A stretch of DNA of 36,637 bases, from NCBI GenBank assembly GCA_964364975.1, contig CAYIOH010000001.1, positions 1 to 36,637 on the forward strand, in the 5' to 3' direction. A program made the position numbers and the translations under genes. Position 1 is the stretch's first letter, and every line of letters starts with the position of its first letter. This document shows, one piece after another, positions 1 through 8,904 of the stretch. The notes under the pieces are model-generated. The model ran no database searches. It worked only from the letters and a program-made list of their open reading frames with translations, and was not told the DNA's origin. This stretch comes from an uncultured Bifidobacteriaceae bacterium (GTDB taxonomy: Bacteria; Verrucomicrobiota; Verrucomicrobiia; Limisphaerales; JADLHS01).

Positions 1-159
1 CAAGTTGAAGCGGAATACATTCCGCGCTCCGTTACCGGGACGCTTCCCGATGCTCAAATCAGTCGTCCGAGGGGGTATTCCACACGGACAAAGGCTCCAA
101 GCGCCTGCCTGTGACGCCGAGGCAGACAGGCGCCCTTCCTGCGCTGAGAAATTTTCCGC

Positions 160-2073
160 TCACACCTGCCTGCGCCGCAGAGCCGGGCGTCGCGGCAGGC
201 AGGCCTGCGGAACCTCCTCCAGCGAAACCTGGAATCTTCGGGTCGTGATCCCGCCATGTCGGCAGCATTCCAGGATGTCCCGCAAGCGTTCGGAGTTAAT
301 GTCGGGCGTCGCCAGGATCAGTTCTTCCGCGCCCAGACTCCGCATCTTTTCACCGAGGACTTGGAACGAACTGAGGATGGGATAGCCGTGGAACATCTTT
401 TGTTGCTTGCCCGGGTCATCGTCAATAAAGCCAACCGGGGTCAACGAAAGTTTCTGATTCGTGAGGAGTTCGTGCATCAGGAGACTCCCGTTGCGGTCGG
501 CGCCGTAGATCAAGACCTTCCGCTTGTGTTCGGGATTGGAGCGCGCATAGTAGGCCAGCAGGCGGACGGAAAAACGAATCCCAAGCAACAGCGAACTCAT
601 CACGTAGAAATCCATGATCAAGACGGCCTGGGGGCAATGCTTGAGTGGCAGGCAACGCAGGACTCCGCCCACCACCAGGCAGCCAAGCAGCGTCGAACGC
701 ATTCCACGCAAGAGGTCCGGCAGACCCGCATGCTCCCATTTGATGCGATAGAAGCCGGTGAAATAGAAGACGAGCACTTTGGTGAGCAACACCACCGGGA
801 GCGTCTCGATAAAGCAGATTTTCACTGGACCTTCGAAACGTCCTTCGAAGTGGATCCAGTACGTCACGTAGTAGGCCAACGAGATGAGCGCCAAGTCAAT
901 CAGGATTTGGAACATCTGGTAGCCCAGCAGCGGGAGTTTCGAGAGCGGCAGCAGGGTTCCGTTGCGAAGCCACTGCAGCTCCTGGTAGCGCAGCTTCTGC
1001 ACCGCATAGACCGTGGCCACGCCCATCGCCAGCAGAATCAGGCCGACGTTGAGATTGCGGACTGAGGCGAGCAGGAACGCGATACCGCCCAGCGTCGTGC
1101 AGATGCCGTAGAGAACGATCACACAGTTCTTGTGCGTGATCCCCAACTGCATCAACCGATGGTGAATATGGTCGCGGTCCGCCTCGAACATGCTCTGTCC
1201 ACCCCGGAAGAACAGCCGATACGTGCTGCCCCGCGTCTGCTCGATGACGTGCATTGCCCGCAGAAAGCGGCGCGCCATCGCCAGCAGCGTGTCCATGATC
1301 GGCAGCCCGAACGCCAGAATCGGGATCAACACCGACACCGCTGCGCTGCTTTTGTGGGACGTCTTGATGCTCAACACCGCCAGCGTGAACCCGACGAACA
1401 GGCTCCCCGCATCGCCCATGAAGATGGAGGCCGGATGAAAATTGTACCGCAGAAATCCAGCGAGCGCGCCCGCCAGGACCGAGCAGAGCAGCGCCAGTTC
1501 GACTTGTTGATTGAGCAGCGCGATCGCCGCCAGGGTGAGCGAAGAGAGCACACCGATCCCCGCCGCCAGACCGTCGAGTCCATCAATCAGGTTGAACGCG
1601 TTGGTCACCCCAACGATCCACAGCATGGTGACGGGGATGCTCAACAGCCCAAGTTCAATGGACGTTCCCCAGGGCAGGGCCACGTGGTCAATCACGAACC
1701 CGAACCGGGTCGCCACGAGCGCCGCCATTAGCTGGATCAGGAACTTGAATCGCGCGCCCAGCGAGCAGATGTCATCGCACACACCGAGCACGACGATGAT
1801 TGCAGACACAGGCAGGAAGCCTTTCCACCATTGTTCGTTGATCAGCGGCGCGGGGTAGTGGCCGAGGCGAAAGACGTACAGGCCAAGAAGCACGGTCACG
1901 TGGAACGCAGCGAACACTGCCAGCCCACCCATCCGAGGGATCGGTCGCTGATGCACCTTGCGGGCATTGGGCACATCCACTGCGCCAAGAAAAATCGCCA
2001 GCTTCCGCACCAGTGGCGTCAATAGAAGGGAGAAAAGCAACCCTCCAGCGAAGACGAGCAAATACTTGAGCAT
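160..2073 (-). CDS. Polyprenyl-phosphate HexNAc-1-phosphate transferase (WecA/MraY family, GT4) fused to a C-terminal CapD/WbpM-N-terminal-like membrane + Rossmann-like module
   Basis: 637-aa ORF. The N-terminal multi-pass membrane domain carries MraY/WecA-type motifs (VCDDICSL, NAFNLIDGLDGLAAG, FMGDAGSLFVGF, HIHHRL). The C-terminal ~250 aa has extra TM helices plus KVLIYGADRNGSLL...PVGFIDDDPGKQ, as in the N-terminal half of CapD/WbpM/PglF, but no dehydratase domain follows. Confidence 0.8.
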   Translation of the reverse strand: MLKYLLVFAGGLLFSLLLTPLVRKLAIFLGAVDVPNARKVHQRPIPRMGGLAVFAAFHVTVLLGLYVFRLGHYPAPLINEQWWKGFLPVSAIIVVLGVCDDICSLGARFKFLIQLMAALVATRFGFVIDHVALPWGTSIELGLLSIPVTMLWIVGVTNAFNLIDGLDGLAAGIGVLSSLTLAAIALLNQQVELALLCSVLAGALAGFLRYNFHPASIFMGDAGSLFVGFTLAVLSIKTSHKSSAAVSVLIPILAFGLPIMDTLLAMARRFLRAMHVIEQTRGSTYRLFFRGGQSMFEADRDHIHHRLMQLGITHKNCVIVLYGICTTLGGIAFLLASVRNLNVGLILLAMGVATVYAVQKLRYQELQWLRNGTLLPLSKLPLLGYQMFQILIDLALISLAYYVTYWIHFEGRFEGPVKICFIETLPVVLLTKVLVFYFTGFYRIKWEHAGLPDLLRGMRSTLLGCLVVGGVLRCLPLKHCPQAVLIMDFYVMSSLLLGIRFSVRLLAYYARSNPEHKRKVLIYGADRNGSLLMHELLTNQKLSLTPVGFIDDDPGKQQKMFHGYPILSSFQVLGEKMRSLGAEELILATPDINSERLRDILECCRHGGITTRRFQVSLEEVPQACLPRRPALRRRQV

Positions 2074-2113
2074 TTAATTATGCCGGCGAAACGGCATGAA
2101 ACAGTGTCCCCTT

Positions 2114-2296
2114 TCAGCAGCGGCCTCGGCCTGTGGGTCGCTCCGCCTCGTCAATAAGCATCACGGGGGTCTCGTCGCGGATGGGAAAACGCAGGCCGCA
2201 TTGGCCGTTCTCGCAAGTCAGCCTGTCTTGTGTTTGTGCCAACCTCGATTTGCAGGCGGGACACACCAGGATTTCCATCAGTTGCTGTGTGATCAT
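2114..2296 (-). CDS. Trm112/YcaR (UPF0434) family small zinc-ribbon protein
   Basis: 60-aa ORF with LMEILVCPACKSRL...LTC...CGLRFPIRDETPVMLIDEAE, the typical Trm112-like pattern. Confidence 0.75.
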   Translation of the reverse strand: MITQQLMEILVCPACKSRLAQTQDRLTCENGQCGLRFPIRDETPVMLIDEAERPTGRGRC

Positions 2297-2316
2297 AAAT
2301 CGGCGGAAACTCCGGC

Positions 2317-3300
2317 CTACTCACATGCCGGTGACATCGAGCGATTGCCGCTATTCCCGATCTTGGCGCTCCGCTGTTCGTAATCGGCGATCGTTTTGCA
2401 CAACCCTTCTTCAAGCGTCGTCGTCGCCCGAAAACCGAATTCACCGGCCGCTCTCTCCACGTTCAGACAGCGGTGCGGCTGCCCATTTGGCTTGGAGGTG
2501 TCCCAGCGGATTTCGCCTTTGAAGTGCGTCAATTGTGCGATGATCCGCACCAGTTTCCTTACAGAAATCTCCTGTCCGGTGCCCAGATTGACCGGCTCCG
2601 GTTTGTTGTAATGTTCCGCCGCCCGCAGGATTCCTTCAGCAGCGTCCTCGACGTACATGAACTCCCGCGTGGCGGTACCATCCCCCCAGCATTCGACAAA
2701 CGCATCGCCGCGCTCACGGGCGTCGATACATTTTTTAATGATCGCTGGGATGACGTGCGAAGAATCAGGGTCGAAATTGTCGCCGGGACCGTACAGGTTG
2801 ACCGGCAGCAGATAAATCGCGTTCAGTCCATACTCTTGGCGATAGGCCATGCACTGCACGAGCAGGGCCTTTTTGGCGATGCCGTACGGCGCATTGGTTT
2901 CCTCGGGATACCCGTTCCATAGATCAGCTTCCTTGAACGGCACCGGCGTGAATTTCGGATAGCAGCAAATCGTCCCGATCACCACAAGCTTCGACAATTG
3001 AAACTGCCGTGCCTGCTCGATCAATTCAATGCCCATGATGGCATTATTGTAGAAGAATTTTCCAGGATGCGCCCGATTGGCCCCGATGCCGCCCGCGGTT
3101 GCGGCCAAATGCAACACCATCGTGGGGCGTGTGTCTTTAAACAACCGCGCAATCGCGTGGAGGTGGTGCAAATCGTATTCCGCGCGGCGCGGTAAAAAAA
3201 TATTCCGGCATCCGCGCGCTCGCAATCCCTCGACCACGAACGAACCAAGAAAACCTGCGCCCCCGGTGACGACTACTCGTTGATTTTGAAAAAAGCTCAT
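2317..3300 (-). CDS. fcl: GDP-L-fucose synthase (GDP-4-keto-6-deoxymannose 3,5-epimerase/4-reductase)
   Basis: 327 aa. SDR Rossmann motif [12 protein letters not shown], catalytic YGIAKK, and [26 protein letters not shown] typical of Fcl/WcaG. It lies immediately downstream of gmd. Confidence 0.85.
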   Translation of the reverse strand: MSFFQNQRVVVTGGAGFLGSFVVEGLRARGCRNIFLPRRAEYDLHHLHAIARLFKDTRPTMVLHLAATAGGIGANRAHPGKFFYNNAIMGIELIEQARQFQLSKLVVIGTICCYPKFTPVPFKEADLWNGYPEETNAPYGIAKKALLVQCMAYRQEYGLNAIYLLPVNLYGPGDNFDPDSSHVIPAIIKKCIDARERGDAFVECWGDGTATREFMYVEDAAEGILRAAEHYNKPEPVNLGTGQEISVRKLVRIIAQLTHFKGEIRWDTSKPNGQPHRCLNVERAAGEFGFRATTTLEEGLCKTIADYEQRSAKIGNSGNRSMSPACE

Positions 3301-3321
3301 AAAATTCCTCCTGTTTGATTG

Positions 3322-4338
3322 TTATTCTGCCATGACCTCGGCCACCTTGCCCGCCAGCTTGTCCTCCAGCATCTGTATGTCCGCCTCGACCATCAACCGC
3401 ACGAGTTCCTTGAATTCCGTCTTGGGTTCCCAGCCGAGAATTCGTTTGGCCTTGGATGCGTCGCCTACCAGGATGTCCACTTCAGCCGGGCGCAAATACT
3501 TTGCATCAAGCGTTACGTATTTCTCCCAATCCAACCCCACACACCCGAACGCCTCCTCGCAGAACTCGCGCACGGTGTGCGTTTCGCCGGTGGCGATGAC
3601 ATAATCATCGGGTGTGTCTTGTTGCAGCATCAACCACATTGCCTCGACGTATTCGGGGGCATAACCCCAATCGCGTTTGGCGTCAAGATTCCCCAAAAAC
3701 ACTCTTTTTTGAAGCCCCGCTTGGATGTGAGCGACAGCTCGCGTGATCTTCCGCGTGACAAATGTTTCGCCCCGGCGGGGCGACTCGTGATTGAATAAAA
3801 TTCCATTACAGGCAAACAGATTGTAACTCTCGCGATAATTGACCGTAGCCCAGTAAGCGAACACCTTGGAAACACCGTAGGGACTGCGGGGATGAAACCG
3901 CGTCGTCTCGCGCTGGGGAATCTCCGCAACCTTGCCGAACATCTCGCTTGATGACGCTTGATAAAATCGTGGAGCCACACCCGCCGCGCGGATCGCTTCG
4001 AGGAGGCGCAGGGTGCCGACCCCTGTGATATCCGCCGTGTACTCGGGAGTATCGAAGCTGACGCGAACATGACTCTGCGCGCCGAGATGATAAATCTCAT
4101 CCGGTTGCACATCATGAAACAACTTCACCAGGGCCATGGAATCGCTGAGATCGCCGTGGTGCAGCATCAAGCGAACTCCCCGGTTGTGCGGATCTTGATA
4201 AAGATGGTCCAGGCGGCCGGTGTTGAAAGTGCTGGCGCGCCGGATGATTCCATGCACTTCGTAGCCCTTGTCCAACAACAGTTCCGCCAGATATGAGCCG
4301 TCCTGTCCTGTGATTCCTGTGATTAACGCTTGTTTCAT
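3322..4338 (-). CDS. gmd: GDP-mannose 4,6-dehydratase
   Basis: 338 aa. N-terminus [47 protein letters not shown] and [17 protein letters not shown] are hallmark Gmd sequences. Confidence 0.95.
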   Translation of the reverse strand: MKQALITGITGQDGSYLAELLLDKGYEVHGIIRRASTFNTGRLDHLYQDPHNRGVRLMLHHGDLSDSMALVKLFHDVQPDEIYHLGAQSHVRVSFDTPEYTADITGVGTLRLLEAIRAAGVAPRFYQASSSEMFGKVAEIPQRETTRFHPRSPYGVSKVFAYWATVNYRESYNLFACNGILFNHESPRRGETFVTRKITRAVAHIQAGLQKRVFLGNLDAKRDWGYAPEYVEAMWLMLQQDTPDDYVIATGETHTVREFCEEAFGCVGLDWEKYVTLDAKYLRPAEVDILVGDASKAKRILGWEPKTEFKELVRLMVEADIQMLEDKLAGKVAEVMAE

Positions 4339-4347
4339 GTTCCTCTC

Positions 4348-5667
4348 CTAGGTTCTTGCCGGCTGCCGCTCCACTTCTGCCGGAATTTGATTTCTCTCCT
4401 TCGTTGCGTCCGCCGCCTTACCGCCAAGTTCGGCGATTAACGACCGGAATTTGTCCACCGCCAGTCGCCGATCGAATAATCTCTCGGCCAAGCCGCGTCC
4501 CCGCTGCCCCATTTCCTGAAGCTCTTCTCGATGATTGAATCCCCACAGAATCGCCGCGCGGAGCTGTTCAACCGAATTGGGTTCTACACGAATGCCGCAG
4601 CGGCCTTGCCGAATCAGCTCCGCGATGTCGCTTTCTTCTTCCACGGCCGCGATGAACGGACGGCCCGCGGCGAGAATGCCATAGACCTTGCTCGGCACGA
4701 TCAATCCCGCCAGCCCGCGTTCGAGCGTCACCAGATGAACGTCCGCCGCGCTCAATGAATACGAGAGCGATTCCTTCGGTTGGTAGGGAAGCAAGAGCAC
4801 GTTCTTCAATCCCAATGCCCGCGCCCTGGTCAGCAAGCGTTCCTTGGCGGCGCCTTCGCCCACGAAAACGAATCTGACCGTTGGCAAATCCTGCATCGCC
4901 GCCGCGATTTCGATCACTCGGTGCAGACCTTGCGACAGGCCCAAATTGCCCGAGTACATCACCACGAAACACCCGCCGAGTTGATGCTGTTCACGAAACG
5001 GATTCTGCTTTGGTTGGGGTCGCAGTTTTCTGGTGTCCACCCAATTCGAGATGATCCGGATTCGGCTGGCCCGACAGCAGGCCTTGGCTTTGACGCGCTC
5101 GCGCATGTCGTGGCCCAGCACAACCACGGCATCCGCCCCGCGAAGAATCTGGCGCGTGCCGGCGTCGAGCAGTTTGATCAGCAGCGGATTGTGCAATTGC
5201 CCCAGGGCGACGCCTACCTCGGGGAACAGATCCTGCACGTAAAACACAAATTTCGCCCGATGGAGCTTCGCGAACAACAAGCCGATCAATCCGAGCACGG
5301 GCGGGTCAGTCTCCGCCACGACGACTTCGGGCCGACGCGCGAAGAAGCCAGCCAGAAAACTGAAACAGAAGTACGACAACAGGTTCAGCACCCGTGCGGC
5401 GAAGAGGCGTTTGTTCAGTCGCGGGTTGTACGCCCGGAGGATACGGACGCGGCCCCGCGTCTCAGCGAGGATGGGAGACACCGAGCCCCAGCACGCCATA
5501 TTGTACGGGCGGCCCGCAACCACCGTCACCTCGTGCGTCTCGCTCAAGTCCTCGCACAACTCGGACAAGAGTTGCCCGGTGGCCTCGACGTCGGGATGGA
5601 AGGAGCGATTGAAGAATAGAATGTGCATATGGGACGGGAGGGCCGGGGTGGGCCGCTCCATCGGCAA
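4348..5667 (-). CDS. Glycosyltransferase family 4 (WcaI-like)
   Basis: 439-aa ORF. HILFFNRSFHPDVEATGQLLSELCEDLS...VTVVAG N-terminus resembles WcaI-type GT4; C-terminal GT1-fold motif LLPYQPKE...ADVHLVTLE. The start may be the internal ATG at 5628 (MHILFF). Confidence 0.75.
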   Translation of the reverse strand: MPMERPTPALPSHMHILFFNRSFHPDVEATGQLLSELCEDLSETHEVTVVAGRPYNMACWGSVSPILAETRGRVRILRAYNPRLNKRLFAARVLNLLSYFCFSFLAGFFARRPEVVVAETDPPVLGLIGLLFAKLHRAKFVFYVQDLFPEVGVALGQLHNPLLIKLLDAGTRQILRGADAVVVLGHDMRERVKAKACCRASRIRIISNWVDTRKLRPQPKQNPFREQHQLGGCFVVMYSGNLGLSQGLHRVIEIAAAMQDLPTVRFVFVGEGAAKERLLTRARALGLKNVLLLPYQPKESLSYSLSAADVHLVTLERGLAGLIVPSKVYGILAAGRPFIAAVEEESDIAELIRQGRCGIRVEPNSVEQLRAAILWGFNHREELQEMGQRGRGLAERLFDRRLAVDKFRSLIAELGGKAADATKERNQIPAEVERQPART

Positions 5668-5697
5668 AGTTACGGTTTAGTGGTATCCCTACGCCTG

Positions 5698-7476
5698 CTA
5701 CGCGTGAACCGCGCGCCTCACCCTGTTCTCTCTTCCAAGGGGCGCCCTCTGCACGAGCAGGTTGCCCATCACGAGCACATCCATGTCGGTGCGCTGGAAA
5801 CAGGCCACCGCCTGCTGGGGCGTGTCCACCACAGGCTCGTTTTCATTAAAGCTCGTGTTGAGCACCACGGGCACCCCGCTCTTCCGCGCAAACGTGCGGA
5901 TCAAATCGTAATAGAGTTCATTCTGCGACCGCTTGACGGTGTGCAACCGCCCGGTGGCATCTTGATGACAAACCGCGGCCAGCGCCTCGCGCTTGTCCGG
6001 CTTGATCTTCACCACGTGCATCATGAAGGGGCTCTCCATGTCCTGCCCGAAATAATTCCCAGTTTCGTCCGCCAGGATGCTGGGCGCAAACGGCCGGAAC
6101 GACTCGCGCCGTTTGATTTTCTGGTTGATCAAATCCTTCATGCCCGGCCAGCCTGGATGCGCGAGGATGGAGCGATTGCCCAACGCGCGCGGGCCCCATT
6201 CGCTGCGGCCCTGATACCAGCCCGTGACGTGGCCCGAATTCAAATGCGCCGCCACGCGCTCCAGCAAAGCCGCCCGTTCAAGCCGATCGAAACTCAATCC
6301 CGCGTTGCACAGCGCTGTTTCCATTTCTTTCTCGGAATATTCCGCTCCCCAATACGCGTGCTCCATGCTCCCTGCTCTTTGCCTTCCCAGTACCACATTC
6401 CAAACGTAGAGCGCCGCGCCGACCGCCGTGCCGTCATCCGACGCCGCGCATTGGATGTAACTGCGTCGAAAAGGCGTCTCGCGCAGAATCCGCGCGTTGC
6501 AAACACCGTTCAACGCGCAGCCGCCGGCGGTCACGAGATTTTCCGCCGGAGCCTGTGCGTGCAACCACTTCAGACAGCCCAACACGACGTCCTCAAAGTG
6601 GGCTTGGCAGGATGCGGCGATGTCCTTTTCGCGCTGGGTGATTTCTGTCCCGAGCGCACGAGGCAGACCAAGGCGGGCTTTCAACGCTGGCGAATACAGC
6701 GGCGGCAGCAAGATTTCGCCTCGTTCGTCCACGCATTCTTCCAGATTTTTGCCCAATGGCACAAAAAAACGGGAGTTCAACCGGTACTGTCCGCTGCCAT
6801 TACCGGCCAACAACTCGCGCATCAACGCCAACTGCGACTGCTCACCGTAAGCCGCCAACCCCATCACCTTGTATTCCTCGCCGAACCTGGCGAATCCGAT
6901 GAACTGGCAAAGCGCCGTGTAAAAGAAGCCGAGCGAATCCGGCATGAAAACGCGGTCAAGGATATGAATTTGGTTTCCCTCGCAACGCACAAACATGCCG
7001 GATGTAAAGTCGCCAGCGGCATCGTAGGAAAAGCCAGCCGCTCGATCGAAATCACTGGCGAAATAGGAACCGGCAATGTGCGCCAGGTGATGCTCCACGC
7101 GAACAACCTTGAAGCGGCAATCCTTTTCCGGCACGCCGCAGGCATCCGCCACAAGTTGTCGGATGCTCTGCATTTTGGCGCGCCGCTGAAAGTGCGTGAA
7201 CACACCGCGCGCGGATGTGAATGGCGTCCGCAAGACATTTGATGCCTTCGCGGCCAGGTTGGCGTTGCTGTCGTTGCCGACGGCGACGTAATCCACGTCC
7301 CGCACTGTCGCGCTGGCCATCTTGAGCACCGCGCGCAGCGCCTGCGCCGGAAAACCGGCGCGATGCTTGATCCGCGACCCCAGCCGTTCCTCGGCCACGG
7401 CCGCCACCAGCCGCCCATCCACCAGCGCGCAAGCGGCGGAGTCCGGATGGAAGGCGTTAAGACCGAGGATGAGCAT
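5698..7476 (-). CDS. Carbamoyltransferase (NodU/CmcH family)
   Basis: 592 aa. MLILGLNAFHPDSAACALVDGRLVAAVAEERL N-terminus, HHLAHIAGSY, and C-terminal VLNTSFNENEPVV are typical of NodU/CmcH O-carbamoyltransferases. Confidence 0.9.
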   Translation of the reverse strand: MLILGLNAFHPDSAACALVDGRLVAAVAEERLGSRIKHRAGFPAQALRAVLKMASATVRDVDYVAVGNDSNANLAAKASNVLRTPFTSARGVFTHFQRRAKMQSIRQLVADACGVPEKDCRFKVVRVEHHLAHIAGSYFASDFDRAAGFSYDAAGDFTSGMFVRCEGNQIHILDRVFMPDSLGFFYTALCQFIGFARFGEEYKVMGLAAYGEQSQLALMRELLAGNGSGQYRLNSRFFVPLGKNLEECVDERGEILLPPLYSPALKARLGLPRALGTEITQREKDIAASCQAHFEDVVLGCLKWLHAQAPAENLVTAGGCALNGVCNARILRETPFRRSYIQCAASDDGTAVGAALYVWNVVLGRQRAGSMEHAYWGAEYSEKEMETALCNAGLSFDRLERAALLERVAAHLNSGHVTGWYQGRSEWGPRALGNRSILAHPGWPGMKDLINQKIKRRESFRPFAPSILADETGNYFGQDMESPFMMHVVKIKPDKREALAAVCHQDATGRLHTVKRSQNELYYDLIRTFARKSGVPVVLNTSFNENEPVVDTPQQAVACFQRTDMDVLVMGNLLVQRAPLGRENRVRRAVHA

Positions 7477-7507
7477 AAGAGCAGTGAGCTTAGGGCGGGG
7501 CGCAAGG

Positions 7508-7834
7508 CTACTTTTTCAGGGTGCAGCGAAACGAATAACGCCTTTTGCTTTGCTCGGCGAGTTCGCTAAGCAAGTGTGCTGTTTCACTTGGTTGCAAGTG
7601 GCTTTCCCGCGTAAAGAGGATGAGCATGTTAGCAACCTCGAAAACGGATCGCCGCGCAGTGTTGAGAAAATTGGCAAAGTCCACATCGGATGCACTTCCC
7701 GACCCTTCGGCAATGTTGTTTGTAATACTCAGCACGGCAGCACGCAGTTGTTCCACAAAGCGATGGTAGCGCCGCTCGGCCAGCTTTTCGGCCAGCTTGA
7801 ACAGGGGCTGCTCAGGTCTGTGGCGCGTTGCCAA
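7508..7834 (-). CDS. Four-helix-bundle protein (23S rRNA intervening-sequence protein family)
   Basis: 108 aa. EQLRAAVLSITNNIAEGSGSASDVDFANFLNTARRSVFEV matches the conserved core of this family as I recall it. The N-terminal helix looks shorter than usual. Confidence 0.65.
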   Translation of the reverse strand: MATRHRPEQPLFKLAEKLAERRYHRFVEQLRAAVLSITNNIAEGSGSASDVDFANFLNTARRSVFEVANMLILFTRESHLQPSETAHLLSELAEQSKRRYSFRCTLKK

Positions 7835-7864
7835 ATCTGCAGGCTCTCGAATCGGAAGGAATCA

Positions 7865-8827
7865 TCACTCATGGTCAGGTGTTGTTCTTGGTTTGCGCCG
7901 GGATTCCCGTCTTGGCCCCTCGCTCCGGACTTCAGGCTCGCCGCTCCCCGCTCCTTGCTCGCGGCTAGCGACTCTCAGCTTTTGTTCCAAAAGCCGCAGT
8001 GACAAAATGATTTCCGCCAGCGTACGCTGAAAGACGTAGTACCAACCCCTCCAGCCGTCAAAGATCAGGCCTTTGCCGAGCAGCGTGTAAATGAAGACCA
8101 GGAACGGGGCGAACACGATCTTCCGCCGCACCCGATCGGCCAAGGACAGCCCTGTGAGCCCGGACGACGGACAACGGACCACGGACCACGGACCACAGAT
8201 TTCTGCTTTCAGATTTCTGCTTTCCGCTTTGCCCCATGCTCCCTGCTCCCCGCTCCCGGTTCTCATCAAATGCTCCGCTTCCAGCCTCGCATACCGATCC
8301 TGCTCCCTGAGCCAGCGATCCAGCGGCTTGCGATCGTCGTGATAGAGCACCGAGCGCAGCGGCAGGACCTTCCCCTCGATCTGCACCCGATGCCCATGCC
8401 CCTCGTCGCGATAGCGTGCGCGCTCCTTCTGGTAAAGCACCACCCGTGGCGGATAGAGCGACGCCCGCATTGGACGGCCCCAAACGCAGTAACGAAAACG
8501 GACGGAATAGCCGGCCACTCCTTGCTCCGGCCTCCATGCTCCAAGCTCGCGGACCAACTCCTCCGACAGCAGGTAGTCTGCGTCCAAGGAAAGCACCCAC
8601 GGCGTCCGAATGTGCTGCAAGCCGAAGTTGCACTGCTGCGCAAAGGAATCGAACTCCCGCTGTACGATCCACGCCTGCGGCAGCTTCCTCACCAAGTCAC
8701 ACGTCTCGTCCGTGCTGAAGCTATCGACCACCACGATCTCCTTCGCCCACCTCAGCCGCGACAACGTGCGCTCGATGTTCGGCGCTTCGTTGTACGTCAG
8801 AATGAGCGGCGTGATTTGAAGAAGCAT
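7865..8827 (-). CDS. Glycosyltransferase family 2, carrying an internal heptamer-array insertion and a heptamer-derived C-terminal tail
   Basis: 320 aa. TPLILTYNEAPNIERTLSRL...VVVDSFSTDET...LSLDADY GT2 motifs, and a C-terminal membrane-proximal region GWRGWYYVFQRTL. The segment GSGEQGAWGKAESRNLKAEICGPWSVVRCPSSG coincides with the DNA array at 8162-8259. Confidence 0.85.
   Translation of the reverse strand: MLLQITPLILTYNEAPNIERTLSRLRWAKEIVVVDSFSTDETCDLVRKLPQAWIVQREFDSFAQQCNFGLQHIRTPWVLSLDADYLLSEELVRELGAWRPEQGVAGYSVRFRYCVWGRPMRASLYPPRVVLYQKERARYRDEGHGHRVQIEGKVLPLRSVLYHDDRKPLDRWLREQDRYARLEAEHLMRTGSGEQGAWGKAESRNLKAEICGPWSVVRCPSSGLTGLSLADRVRRKIVFAPFLVFIYTLLGKGLIFDGWRGWYYVFQRTLAEIILSLRLLEQKLRVASREQGAGSGEPEVRSEGPRRESRRKPRTTPDHE
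7922..7984. repeat. Heptamer-periodic array (GCTCnnn phase) forming the C-terminal tail region of the GT2 gene
   Basis: GCTCCGG ACTTCAG GCTCGCC GCTCCCC GCTCCTT GCTCGCG GCTAGCG ACTCTCA GCTTTTG, with GCT recurring every 7 nt. Encodes ...RVASREQGAGSGEPEVRSE.... Confidence 0.5.
8162..8259. repeat. Mosaic heptamer array (14 units) inside the GT2 CDS
   Basis: GGACGAC GGACAAC GGACCAC GGACCAC GGACCAC AGATTTC TGCTTTC AGATTTC TGCTTTC CGCTTTG CCCCATG CTCCCTG CTCCCCG CTCCCGG. Confidence 0.85.
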
Positions 8828-8842
8828 GGACGGAAGGGTGGA

Positions 8843-8904
8843 GGTCAGAGATCAGAGATCAGAGGTCAGCCTTCGGTTTTCAGTCGTCAGTCGTCAGCCG
8901 TCGG
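8843..8904. repeat. Two heptamer arrays flanking a short core, intergenic and overlapping the GT4 stop codon
   Basis: GGTCAGA GATCAGA GATCAGA GGTCAG - ccttcggttt - TCAGTCG TCAGTCG TCAGCCG TCGG. The stop codon at 8894-8896 (TGA on the minus strand) is part of the second array. Confidence 0.85.

Noticed and set aside
1-20. Possible start of another minus-strand gene (ATG at 20-18 preceded by GGAG) running off the left edge
   Set aside because: Only six codons are visible, so this cannot be supported.
101-133. Hairpin GCGCCTGCCTG / CAGACAGGCGC (11-bp stem, one mismatch) downstream of the last gene, as a possible intrinsic terminator
   Set aside because: No convincing U-tract follows on the transcribed (minus) strand. 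A further gene may start at about position 20 (ATG preceded by GGAG), so transcription may simply continue.
4359-4440. Weak 7-nt periodicity (GCCGGCT GCCGCTC CACTTCT GCCGGAA ...) in the C-terminal tail of the WcaI-like GT4
   Set aside because: The pattern is short and degenerate, and could be chance in GC-rich coding DNA.
5623-7242. Long plus-strand ORFs (e.g. 5623-7242 at 539 aa, 29864-30817, 4780-5619, 8270-9067, 256-1065)
   Set aside because: All lie antisense to minus-strand genes with strong family motifs. Their translations are Arg/Gly/Pro/His-rich with no recognisable domains. Such shadow ORFs are expected in high-GC DNA.
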